64,000 bases of DNA from an uncultured Pseudomonadota bacterium. GTDB taxonomy: Bacteria > Pseudomonadota > Alphaproteobacteria > RF32 > CAG-239. The stretch is from contig CASFJK010000005.1 in NCBI GenBank assembly GCA_949295025.1, positions 13,235-77,234 of the forward strand, read 5' to 3'. Numbering within the stretch: position 1 is the stretch's first letter; the number at the start of each line of letters is the position of its first letter. The notes beneath the pieces are model-generated. The model was given only the letters and a program-made list of their open reading frames with translations. It searched no databases and was not told the origin of the DNA. The position numbers and the translations under genes were made by a program. Below, in pieces: positions 30,605 through 39,734 of this stretch.

Positions 30605-32488
30605 TTATAACGTTAAGAGTCTTAACAAAACGTCAATAACATAAGCAATTCTGCCATCAGGCAAGGACAAAGGCAACAAAGAGGTTTGCAAAAAGAACTT
30701 TTTACCCGAAGTATAATTTTTAATACGCATACCATGCATATTCTTGTCCACATCTATTCCGTTTTGTGGCACAACATAATTAAAGAAAAGCAATAAATCT
30801 TTACCATCTAACTCTGCAGTAACCTTTTTAACCGCCCCCAAATGAACAATCTGATTTTTCCCGCCTTTATCAAAAATCGTATCAAAACCATCATACGGAC
30901 GATATAAATAAACATCATCCCCTTCACCGGCATAAAGAACATCATCGCCGGTCAGAGGAAGAAAGATATTGTCATCAAAATTTCTTCCATACAACGTATC
31001 ATTGCGAGCAGTTCCTTCATAAACCATAGTTTCAATATTTTTCAAATCTATATCATCAATGATATGCCCAATAGATTTTATTTTATCAATCGGATAAAAC
31101 TTAATAAAAGGATTTTGAGGCATAACCCAATTTCTATAAAAACTCCAAAGCATCATTTTGGTTTCAAAAGCACCGTTTTGCAGATAGTAAACTTCAACCA
31201 TTTTCCTAAAAGCACTAATTTTTTTCGAATCAATCTCCCATTTTTTGCTTTTAGAATTATAACGAATACTAAGATTTTCATAGAGCGGACTCAAAACTCC
31301 ATTTTTATCTAAAACATTTTGTAAATAGAAGTAAAAATCATCATAAGCTTTCCATATATAAGGCGAAGCGGCTCTAGTCGGATTAAGAGAAATTTCATTA
31401 CCGCTAATAGTTCCTTGATATGTTCTATTCATAAATTTTTCTAAGAAAGCCAATTTTCTGGCATCCCCTATATAATTCCAGCCCTGTTCAGAAACTCTGC
31501 TCTGCAACGGCACATCTATAACATTTGCCCAAGCATATATAATATCATTAAGTAAAGACAGACGTTTAATGGCTTTTTGTTCGTGCATATAAGAATAAAC
31601 TTTTTGCCCCAGCATGCCGGTTTCATCTTTGAAGATGGCATCTTGCAGAGCCGGTACTTTTCCAACTCCTGAAAGATTGGGAATATGAGTCAATTTCACT
31701 CCAAATTTTTCACGCGGAGCACGTTTTACCATCGGATCTTTTTGCAACCAAACTTCATAAATTTGGGATGCTGTTCCATCCGCAAATTCAACATTAATAT
31801 AATCTCCAATAATATTACCGGAACTATCTTTCTTTTGATGAGGATACACTTTTAAATCTATACTTTTGATATTTTTTAGATTTTCCTTTTGTTTACCAGA
31901 AAGTTTATTAAAATTCCAAAAAGACAATTCCGGTAAAGAAGTCCTCGGTGTATTTATCTGTTTTTTATTTCCAACTAAATGGCGCAAAATATCAAAAGAA
32001 CTCTGTTGCTCTTTCAATGGCATATCTGCAAAATAAGTTCCAATAACATGAGCCCCGTTTTTCAACTTATCCGACGTTTCATTCCATACCAAAATCACAT
32101 CATCTGCACCTAAAATTGGCATTTGCTCGGCAATTTCATCTTGATCAAAATCAAAGAACTTTTTTGGGAAGCACTTCTGCAGAGATGACAAACCGCATAA
32201 TGAAACACCGTCACCCCCAACATCCAAAACCAATATTTTTGTAAACTCATTTTCAAGCACTTCTTTTCCATTAGGCATTTTAATAAAATATCTGCGTGGC
32301 AATTTTGCAATTTTTTGAGATTGTTGACGTATAAAATCTCGTTCTTGAGAAGAGAGTTGTCGTAATGGCGCGCCTATTTTTTCAGGATTTTTAAAACAAG
32401 AGAAATACAAATCATAAATAATATATCCACCCACAATCAAAAAAACCGGAACAACAACGTTTAATAACAACAATAAAAACTTTTTCAT
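30605..32488 (-). CDS. Membrane-anchored degenerate FrpC/RTX-like protein
   Basis: N-terminal TM; LVLDVGGDG..FD..ADD..; IGDARKLAFLEKF; C-terminal GDDVLYAGEGDDVY. Confidence 0.7.
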   Translation of the reverse strand: MKKFLLLLLNVVVPVFLIVGGYIIYDLYFSCFKNPEKIGAPLRQLSSQERDFIRQQSQKIAKLPRRYFIKMPNGKEVLENEFTKILVLDVGGDGVSLCGLSSLQKCFPKKFFDFDQDEIAEQMPILGADDVILVWNETSDKLKNGAHVIGTYFADMPLKEQQSSFDILRHLVGNKKQINTPRTSLPELSFWNFNKLSGKQKENLKNIKSIDLKVYPHQKKDSSGNIIGDYINVEFADGTASQIYEVWLQKDPMVKRAPREKFGVKLTHIPNLSGVGKVPALQDAIFKDETGMLGQKVYSYMHEQKAIKRLSLLNDIIYAWANVIDVPLQSRVSEQGWNYIGDARKLAFLEKFMNRTYQGTISGNEISLNPTRAASPYIWKAYDDFYFYLQNVLDKNGVLSPLYENLSIRYNSKSKKWEIDSKKISAFRKMVEVYYLQNGAFETKMMLWSFYRNWVMPQNPFIKFYPIDKIKSIGHIIDDIDLKNIETMVYEGTARNDTLYGRNFDDNIFLPLTGDDVLYAGEGDDVYLYRPYDGFDTIFDKGGKNQIVHLGAVKKVTAELDGKDLLLFFNYVVPQNGIDVDKNMHGMRIKNYTSGKKFFLQTSLLPLSLPDGRIAYVIDVLLRLLTL

Positions 32489-32594
32489 GAGATATGCTCC
32501 ATATAAAGATTGTATGGCTAAGGTAGTTTTAGCACCGTTTTTCTGTTTTGAGAAGAAAGAATTGAAGTTTGTTCAAAAAAATAAAAAAATTATA

Positions 32595-32623
32595 TTGACA
32601 AAGAAAAAATGATAAGTTATAAA
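32595..32623 (+). promoter_or_regulatory. Sigma70 promoter of tRNA-Thr
   Basis: TTGACA-17-TATAAA. Confidence 0.7.
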
Positions 32624-32636
32624 CTCTTTCGTTGAT

Positions 32637-32712
32637 GCCGACATAGCTCAGTTGGTAGAGCTACTGATTTGTAATCAGTGGGTCCGCGGTTCGAGTCCGT
32701 GTGTCGGCACCA
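32637..32712 (+). tRNA. tRNA-Thr (TGT)
   Basis: Cloverleaf; ACTGA-TT-TGT-AA-TCAGT; GGTTCGAGTCC; CCA end. Confidence 0.97.
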
Positions 32713-32894
32713 TCATAAAAAAGGCCTCCCATTGCGGAGGCTTTTTTATGATGATAACGCATATAGAGTTCTCGAACCGCGGAGGAAGCGGTTCGACTAA
32801 GAGGAGAAACAGACGGAAGTATGTTGGTGAGGGCATAGCCCGAGCGACGACGAAGCGGCGGAGCTTTAGCGACGTCAATCCTATATCTGCCCCA
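32713..32894 (+). repeat. tRNA-linked structured element (Thr)
   Basis: Terminator, 13 nt antisense T-arm copy, GCGGTTCG, GC-rich insert, degenerate tRNA 3' end. Confidence 0.65.
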
Positions 32895-33051
32895 ATTTTT
32901 AATCCATTAAAATTCAAGATTTTTTTATGTTCTTAATTTTCATCTCTTGACTTTTCAATATAAAAATATAATCTATTTTTCAATGAATTATAATTATGTT
33001 TAATCAAGAGGAACCGGTCAAATAAGCCTCTCAAAATATTCCGGTATAATT

Positions 33052-33630
33052 ATGGATGAAAAAACTATAATTTTTATCTTGCTTGGAATTTGTGCCTTTT
33101 TGTTCTGTTTTGTTTTTGTAGTCGCAATACTTCAAGGTAACCAAACAAAACGCGAGTTATCCGGACAAGCCGGCGTTTATAAAGGACCTGCCGGTGAACC
33201 AAGATGGAACGGACAATTACCGGAAAAAGTGGACGATTATGTTTGTCCTCGCTATGTTTATGAAAATCTGGTTGAAAGTACCGATTATTTACCTGAAAAC
33301 GGCAGAATTATCGGTTATCGTATCTCTCCTAGTTTAGTTATTCACAGCCGAGTACAATATTGTGTTAATTCTCCTGTTCTCAAGAGTTATATTCGGCGAT
33401 TGGGCGGAAAGTTATTAACTCCTGACGAAGTGTTAACACTATTTCATAATTGGAAAGATGTTTCAGCTTTACGCGCTAAAGCCGGAGATACAACTTTAGG
33501 CAAATTTCAGTTCTGGTGCAGTTCTAAGGAAGGGTTTCCTGTTTGTTCAAACATCAAATATGGTAACATCATTCTTGAAGATATGGTCGGGTTTACGAAA
33601 TTTAATGCCCCCCTTATCTTAAAAAGGTAA
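33052..33630 (+). CDS. Membrane-anchored hypothetical protein, possible DUF1566/CLec-like domain
   Basis: N-terminal TM; GGKLLTPDEV..L....VSALRAKAGDTTL...FW. Confidence 0.65.
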   Translation: MDEKTIIFILLGICAFLFCFVFVVAILQGNQTKRELSGQAGVYKGPAGEPRWNGQLPEKVDDYVCPRYVYENLVESTDYLPENGRIIGYRISPSLVIHSRVQYCVNSPVLKSYIRRLGGKLLTPDEVLTLFHNWKDVSALRAKAGDTTLGKFQFWCSSKEGFPVCSNIKYGNIILEDMVGFTKFNAPLILKR

Positions 33631-33684
33631 AGTAAAAGCCTCTTGTGCTAAACATTGCTCAAGAGGTTTTTTTTGCGTATTGTA

Positions 33685-34554
33685 TTAACTAAAATAAACT
33701 CCAACAACTGAAACAATGCCTAAGATGAGGGCAAAAGTCTTTCTAAGTGTAAATTTATCCATTTTAAATAACACCGATAATAAAAACACTAAGAAAATTC
33801 TCATTTGAGCAATAATCATAACCACCGTAGGAGCGTCATTTATAAAGCTAAATGTTTCTAAAACATAATACAGGCTTTCTAATATACCGATAACCAAACC
33901 TAAAAACAGTAAACTATTCCACCATTTTTTAGTTTGAGCCTCTTGTTTAGAGCTATTAGAAAAAACATTATAAGCAAAATATGGAAGCGCGAGGATATAA
34001 TAAGACAAATTTATAGCTATTTCATTGGCACCCAAACTATCAGAAGCCTTAATTAAATACGGCGCAGTAACATAAAATAGTACGGAACCGACCACCCAGA
34101 CAAATCCTTGCCGTTCCATTTCCTTAAAAGAAGTACCTTCTTTATTTAAACAATCTTTGCAGAATAAAAAAATGGAATATATGAAGATGACAAACATTAA
34201 AATAAAATATGGTGTAATCTTTATATAGCCTACAAAAGAATCAATAAACAGCGTTAAAAATAAGTTACTGCTTTCTATCAAGCCCACTAATCCGAGGGGT
34301 AAATACTCTAAAGATTTAACAAAACATATATACCCCAACAGTACAAAAACGCCATGTACCAACAAATATGGAACAGAGGCATAGGTAAACATTATCCCAG
34401 TATTTAACCCATACAATAATTGAATTACAAAGGCTATAAATGAAGTATATAAAAGGACTTTGTGGTAATTATACCTATTAACGGCATAATCTAATACAGC
34501 ATCAGAAAATGAGTTAGAAATTGTAGCAAAAACGGCTGTATATCTATAATCCAT
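33685..34554 (-). CDS. EamA/DMT family transporter
   Basis: About 10 TM segments in two repeats, 289 aa. Confidence 0.75.
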   Translation of the reverse strand: MDYRYTAVFATISNSFSDAVLDYAVNRYNYHKVLLYTSFIAFVIQLLYGLNTGIMFTYASVPYLLVHGVFVLLGYICFVKSLEYLPLGLVGLIESSNLFLTLFIDSFVGYIKITPYFILMFVIFIYSIFLFCKDCLNKEGTSFKEMERQGFVWVVGSVLFYVTAPYLIKASDSLGANEIAINLSYYILALPYFAYNVFSNSSKQEAQTKKWWNSLLFLGLVIGILESLYYVLETFSFINDAPTVVMIIAQMRIFLVFLLSVLFKMDKFTLRKTFALILGIVSVVGVYFS

Positions 34555-34581
34555 TTCAACCTCTCAACGGCGATAAATTTA

Positions 34582-35037
34582 TTATCGCTTCATCCACTTA
34601 TATCCCCAATCATCTTTCTTAAAGCCGAATTTTTGGTAGATATGAATTGCTGTTGGGTTATCTGAAGAAAGAAGCAATCTTTTAATCTTCTTATTTTCTA
34701 CAAAAGCCATCAAATGAGCCATTAAATTGGTTTGTATTCCTTTAGAGCGGAATTTCTCCAGCGTAAAGACATTACAAACATAGCCATAAACACCATTATC
34801 GCAACATTGCGGCAAGGTTTTAAGAAGTGATAAACCGCAGGTGGCAATAATCGTGTCATCTTGAAATTCTGCAAAAATAAACAAATCTTTGTTTAAGTGT
34901 TCTTCCAAAAATTGCTTGGTTTGGGCAAAAAGTTCGTCATCAGAGCCTTGATAATCCTCTTGCCAATCGTCTTTTTGCTGTAATACCCTTAGATGAGATA
35001 ATTCTTCAATATGCTTATTCTCGGTTTGTATAATCAT
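34582..35037 (-). CDS. GNAT acetyltransferase
   Basis: GYVCNVFT..FRSKGI, IYQKFGF. Confidence 0.9.
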   Translation of the reverse strand: MIIQTENKHIEELSHLRVLQQKDDWQEDYQGSDDELFAQTKQFLEEHLNKDLFIFAEFQDDTIIATCGLSLLKTLPQCCDNGVYGYVCNVFTLEKFRSKGIQTNLMAHLMAFVENKKIKRLLLSSDNPTAIHIYQKFGFKKDDWGYKWMKR

Positions 35038-35042
35038 AAAAT

Positions 35043-35762
35043 CTAATCCTTTTTATGAAATTTGTAAGTTTGAAAGCCGTTTTCGCAAGGAAAAGCATTG
35101 ATACATATATCGGCTTGCATTGTTTTGGGGGTAAATATACAGGCTCCGACTGTAAAGGATTTTTTTGTATCATGGGAACAGATTGAATAACCATATTTAC
35201 CATATTCGTGAGATGACAACATTTTTTTTATGTCTTCATATTTTTTGATTTTTAGTAATTTTGTTTGTGCCGATAAAAGTCTTAAATGTGAAGAATTTGT
35301 TATATCCTGCCAATTTCCCTGATTAATCAGAAGTTGACTATGATTTGTGCAAGCAAAATGGGCGACATTGGTTAAATCTGCGTAGGCTAGCTGATTGGGC
35401 GTAACTTCTATGTAAAATACATTTTTAGAATTTCCTAATAATTCTATAAATCCCATATCATACCTTTTACTTTCTTTTTGGAAAAATTCTAAAGCTTCAA
35501 AAACAGATTCAAAATTTAATAAAATATCTTTATTGATGTCGTAAGGACGTGGATTTTTTCTTTTTATGTCAGGCTCCATTGTTAGACTGACCGCAAATAG
35601 ACCATATTTATTTAAACCTTCAAAACGACCATTTTCATCTGTTATAAAAATTCCTTTTTCTGAAAAATCAACTTGCTGATTTTTTGGCATTTGTTTCAAC
35701 ATTCTATTTTTTAAATAATGGATAGTTCCTTTTTGGTCTTTCCAAAAGCCTGCAGTACACAA
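35043..35762 (-). CDS. Ntn-hydrolase, peptidase C45/AAT beta-chain-like
   Basis: TTG start after GGAG gives M-C-T; KNR, EGLNKYGL, TNH, SHLR, SICSH. Confidence 0.8.
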   Translation of the reverse strand: MCTAGFWKDQKGTIHYLKNRMLKQMPKNQQVDFSEKGIFITDENGRFEGLNKYGLFAVSLTMEPDIKRKNPRPYDINKDILLNFESVFEALEFFQKESKRYDMGFIELLGNSKNVFYIEVTPNQLAYADLTNVAHFACTNHSQLLINQGNWQDITNSSHLRLLSAQTKLLKIKKYEDIKKMLSSHEYGKYGYSICSHDTKKSFTVGACIFTPKTMQADICINAFPCENGFQTYKFHKKD

Positions 35763-35852
35763 CGTATTCTCTCCAGCGACATATTTTATTATTCATATTT
35801 TTAATAAATATTAAAAATATATGTTTAATATCTTCTTTATAAATCTATAACA

Positions 35853-37022
35853 ATGGACATATTAATGATTAAAAATTTAAGAATTTTTCCAATTTTTGAA
35901 ATATTTTACAGATTTACCCCTCATTTTTTAATTGCTCCTTTGTATTATCAAGAGATTTTAGGTTCATATACCTTAGCTATGGCTGTATTTTCTACAACTC
36001 TTATAAGTTGTTCTATTTCTGAAATTCCAATGGGAATCATTTCAGATTTTATTGGCAGAAAAAGAACTATTATTTTTGCCTCATTTTGTAATTTTTTTAG
36101 TTTTCTGTTATTTATTCTTGCTGGAATATTTGAACAATACTCTAATGTTTTGTGCTTTTCTGCTGCTATCGTTTTAGGATTATCTCAGGCATTATATAGC
36201 GGTACACTTGATGCTTTTATTTACGAAAGTATTAAAGCCAGCAATCAACTTGAAGATTATAATAGACTTTACAGCCGCATAAAAGGTCTTGGAGCTATGT
36301 CATCAGCGATTTCTGCTTTATTATCGGGAATTTTAAGTTATTACTATCCCTACATTATTTGTTTTTATCTATCTGGTTTTGCCGCTGTTATGACAATGAT
36401 AATTGGCTTATTTTATTATAATATAGATTATTCTTCTGCATATTTTTCATATAAAAATTTAAAAGAACACCTTAAAAACATTTATCTTTTTTATAAAAAC
36501 AATACAAAACTTCGTTGGATAAGTTTGGCTAAAATTATGGGAGATAATGTTAGTTATCGAATTGATATAATTTATTTTAAGATGTTAATTCCTGAATATT
36601 TATTAGGAACTCCTAGGATGCTGAAGAAATTTTGCGAATGTATCAGTTATATCTATGCTTCATATTTAATTGAAAAATTTAAGCCAATCGGCGTTTTGAT
36701 TATCTCAAATTCATATATGATTGCCATTCGAAGCTTGGCTATTGGATTAAACAACTTCTTATCCCCATTTATAATATCTTTGGTTGATTTATTAGACGGG
36801 ACATCTTCAACATCTTTCTCTAATTTATTACAGCATGAATATAGCGACAAACAACGAGCAACAATGGAATCTATTATAAGTATGGTATCAACAATTTGGA
36901 CATCAATATTGTTGCTATTAATTGGTATTGTAATTGATTATACAGGTGTTCGTTTTGCTTTATTCGTATTAATCATATATAGATTTATTCGTTATTTTAT
37001 TTATTATAAAGTTTTGAGATAA
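35853..37022 (+). CDS. MFS exporter
   Basis: EIPMGIISDFIGRK, SGTLDAFIYES, RATMESI; start may be 35865. Confidence 0.9.
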   Translation: MDILMIKNLRIFPIFEIFYRFTPHFLIAPLYYQEILGSYTLAMAVFSTTLISCSISEIPMGIISDFIGRKRTIIFASFCNFFSFLLFILAGIFEQYSNVLCFSAAIVLGLSQALYSGTLDAFIYESIKASNQLEDYNRLYSRIKGLGAMSSAISALLSGILSYYYPYIICFYLSGFAAVMTMIIGLFYYNIDYSSAYFSYKNLKEHLKNIYLFYKNNTKLRWISLAKIMGDNVSYRIDIIYFKMLIPEYLLGTPRMLKKFCECISYIYASYLIEKFKPIGVLIISNSYMIAIRSLAIGLNNFLSPFIISLVDLLDGTSSTSFSNLLQHEYSDKQRATMESIISMVSTIWTSILLLLIGIVIDYTGVRFALFVLIIYRFIRYFIYYKVLR

Positions 37023-37071
37023 AAACTACAATTAAACCATATCTTAACTTGTCGGCTGTAATCATTATATT

Positions 37072-37908
37072 ATGGAATGCGAAATGATTAAAATACTTTT
37101 GGTTACAAATGAAACTTTAGGAGAAGGTGAGGATAGTTTCTTGGCTTCTTTGTTAAAAGATGATTTTATCGTTGAACTGTATGATGTTAGCCAAGATATT
37201 CCTTCAGATTGTGCCAACTTTGATATTTTCTTATTCCGAAATGCGTGGCCTGAGCGTATTTATGACAGAAAAATTAAGTGTCTTATAAATATAGCGATAA
37301 AAAATAACATAATCATCTACAATTCTCTCCAGCAAAGGAGCAAATCTTTTTCTCTCAAAAGTTATTTATATTATCTCAACGACAATTTTGATAATGTTAT
37401 ACCAACATATAAAACATTAGCGGAATTTCCAGAAAATAAAGCAGTCTTAATAAAGCCGCAAAATGGCGGTTCTTCTTACGGTGTAAAGATTTTTGCAAAT
37501 AAAAATAAGATACGCCGTAAGTTAAACAATTACATAATCCAAGAGTATATTCCTTTTGCGAAAGAACAAAGTTACTTTTTTATTGATAAAAAGTTTTGTT
37601 ATGCTCTCGAAACAATAGCCTCCGGAATGGATAACAGGTGGGAATTAAAGGAATTCGCCCCAAACAGGAAAATGCTACAGATTGCAAAATCTTTTATGAA
37701 ATGGAATAATATGCCCTATGGAATTGATAGAATCGACTTTGGCGTAACTTCCGAAGGGCTTATGCTTTTAATGGAAATTGAAAGCGACAGAAGCTATTTA
37801 AGCCTTGAGGAATTATCCAAAGATACTTTAGAGATGTTTATAAAAGAACTAAAACAATCCTTGAAAACTGTTTTTTTGCATAGTCAAAAAACTAAAAACC
37901 ACTCATAG
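37072..37908 (+). CDS. ATP-grasp ligase (RimK/GshB-like)
   Basis: LIKPQNGGSSYGV, IIQEYIP, RIDF, LMEIE. Confidence 0.85.
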   Translation: MECEMIKILLVTNETLGEGEDSFLASLLKDDFIVELYDVSQDIPSDCANFDIFLFRNAWPERIYDRKIKCLINIAIKNNIIIYNSLQQRSKSFSLKSYLYYLNDNFDNVIPTYKTLAEFPENKAVLIKPQNGGSSYGVKIFANKNKIRRKLNNYIIQEYIPFAKEQSYFFIDKKFCYALETIASGMDNRWELKEFAPNRKMLQIAKSFMKWNNMPYGIDRIDFGVTSEGLMLLMEIESDRSYLSLEELSKDTLEMFIKELKQSLKTVFLHSQKTKNHS

Positions 37909-38045
37909 CTGATAAATTTTTCCCTGTAACAAGCTGATGGCAGCTTGTTTTAGCGTGGTAGCTCGGTGGTAGCTCGGCAAAAAAATCGCTAAAATTTTAA
38001 GATTAACATATTGATTTATAAAGATAATATTTTACAAGCGCAGTC

Positions 38046-38155
38046 GATTTGTAATCAGTGGGTCCGCGGTTCGAGTCCGTGTGTCGGCACCATCATAAAA
38101 AAGGCCTCCCCTTGCGGAGGCTTTTTTTATGATGATAACGCATATAGAGTCCTCG
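38046..38155 (+). repeat. attR: 3' part of tRNA-Thr plus terminator
   Basis: Near-identical copy of 32666-32774; lacks the 5' tRNA half. Confidence 0.92.
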
Positions 38156-38360
38156 CCCTACAGAGAAATATCAATATTTAAACTCATCCCCCATCTTATT
38201 AAAATTTCATTTATAAAAAAATCATCTCCCCAATATCTTGAATATTAATCAAGACATTCTATTGACAACAATCATAAAAAATGGATAAGTAAATTTATTA
38301 TTTTTTGCTGTAAAATATGTTTTATAGCCTTTGGACCAAATTTTATATGGAGAAACTTTT

Positions 38361-39659
38361 ATGAAAATAGGTATCATTGGAACCGGATATGTAGGCTTGC
38401 CAACCGGTGTTGGTCTGGCAGAATTAGGAAATCAGGTTACCTGCATAGATAGAGAAACCTCAAAAATAGAAGCTCTCCAGTCAGGAAAAATTACCTTATA
38501 TGAAGACGGCTTAGAAGACCTATTCCACAAAAATGTCAAAGAAGGACGTTTGCATTTTACAACTTCTATGAAAGAAGGTGTTGAAAATGCCGATGTTGTT
38601 ATCATAGCTGTTGGCACGCCCCCTCATCCGGTGACCAAAGAAGCCGATATGAAATATATTCATGCTGCTGCCACAGAGCTTGCCGAATATTTAACCGGAT
38701 ATACAGTCATTGCCACAAAGTCAACCGTTCCGGTTGGAACCGGAGATGTTGTAGAGGGTTTAATCTCCAAAAAAAATCCGTTTGCAGACTTTGATGTTGT
38801 TTCTTTACCTGAGTTTTTGCGCGAAGGCTTTGCCATCCATGACTTTTTTAATCCGGATCGCATCATTGTTGGCGCCAATACAGAAAAAGCAAAAAATGTC
38901 ATCAAGGAATTATACAAACCCTTTGAAGGCAAAACAAACATGTTGTTTGTTAAACGCCGCTCTTCAGAAACAATTAAATATGCATCTAACGCTTTTCTGG
39001 CCATAAAAATTCATTATATTAATGAAATGGCCAATTTCTGTGAAAAAACCGGAGCAGATATTTATGAAGTTGCGCAAGGAATGGGCTTAGATAGTCGTAT
39101 CGGACCAAAATTTTTAAATCCGGGTCCCGGATATGGCGGAAGTTGTTTTCCCAAAGACACAATGGCCATGTCATTTATGGCGCGCCAAAATGGTGTGGAC
39201 ATGACATTGATTAATGCCGCCATCAATGGCAACGTCAACCGCAAAAAACAAATGTCTGAACGCATTTTATCTGCCGTAAAATCCATAGAAAATCCGAAAA
39301 TTGCCGTTTTAGGGCTAGCCTTCAAAAATGGCACGGATGATTGTCGCGAAAGCCCAGCTATGGAAATTATCGGAGAACTCATCAACCAAGGTGCAGACAT
39401 AACCGCCTACGACCCCAAAGCTATGGGAACTGCTTGCAGAATACTTGGCAACAAAATCCAATATGCCGACAATATGTATCAAGCTCTGCAAGATGCCGAT
39501 GTCTTAGCTGTCTTAACTGAATGGAACGAGTTTAGAGAACTTGATTTAAGCAAAACAGCTGAACTGATGCGTCATAAAAAAATTGTAGATTGTCGTAACT
39601 TGCTCGACCCACAAAAAGCCAAAGATTTGGGCTTTGATTATCAAGGAATTGGAAGATAA
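38361..39659 (+). CDS. ugd: UDP-glucose 6-dehydrogenase
   Basis: GTGYVG, AVGTP, KSTVP, PEFLREG, GYGGSCFPKD. Confidence 0.96.
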   Translation: MKIGIIGTGYVGLPTGVGLAELGNQVTCIDRETSKIEALQSGKITLYEDGLEDLFHKNVKEGRLHFTTSMKEGVENADVVIIAVGTPPHPVTKEADMKYIHAAATELAEYLTGYTVIATKSTVPVGTGDVVEGLISKKNPFADFDVVSLPEFLREGFAIHDFFNPDRIIVGANTEKAKNVIKELYKPFEGKTNMLFVKRRSSETIKYASNAFLAIKIHYINEMANFCEKTGADIYEVAQGMGLDSRIGPKFLNPGPGYGGSCFPKDTMAMSFMARQNGVDMTLINAAINGNVNRKKQMSERILSAVKSIENPKIAVLGLAFKNGTDDCRESPAMEIIGELINQGADITAYDPKAMGTACRILGNKIQYADNMYQALQDADVLAVLTEWNEFRELDLSKTAELMRHKKIVDCRNLLDPQKAKDLGFDYQGIGR

Positions 39660-39734
39660 CCCCACTTATCAAAACTTAATAAATAAAAAAAGGTTTGAGT
39701 TTTTCTCAAACCTTTTTTTATTTGTTCTGGAAGA

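Larger units (their letters stand above)
32666..38155. mobile_element. Integrase-less genomic island at tRNA-Thr
   Basis: ~110 bp direct repeat at 32666-32774 and 38046-38155 starting at the anticodon loop; AT-rich cargo. Confidence 0.85.

Noticed and set aside
32652..32936. ORFs overlapping tRNA-Thr (and 45956..46144 over tRNA-Gln)
   Set aside because: Translations of tRNA and structured non-coding sequence.
38046..38092. Second tRNA-Thr gene
   Set aside because: Only the 3' part is present; it is the island att repeat.
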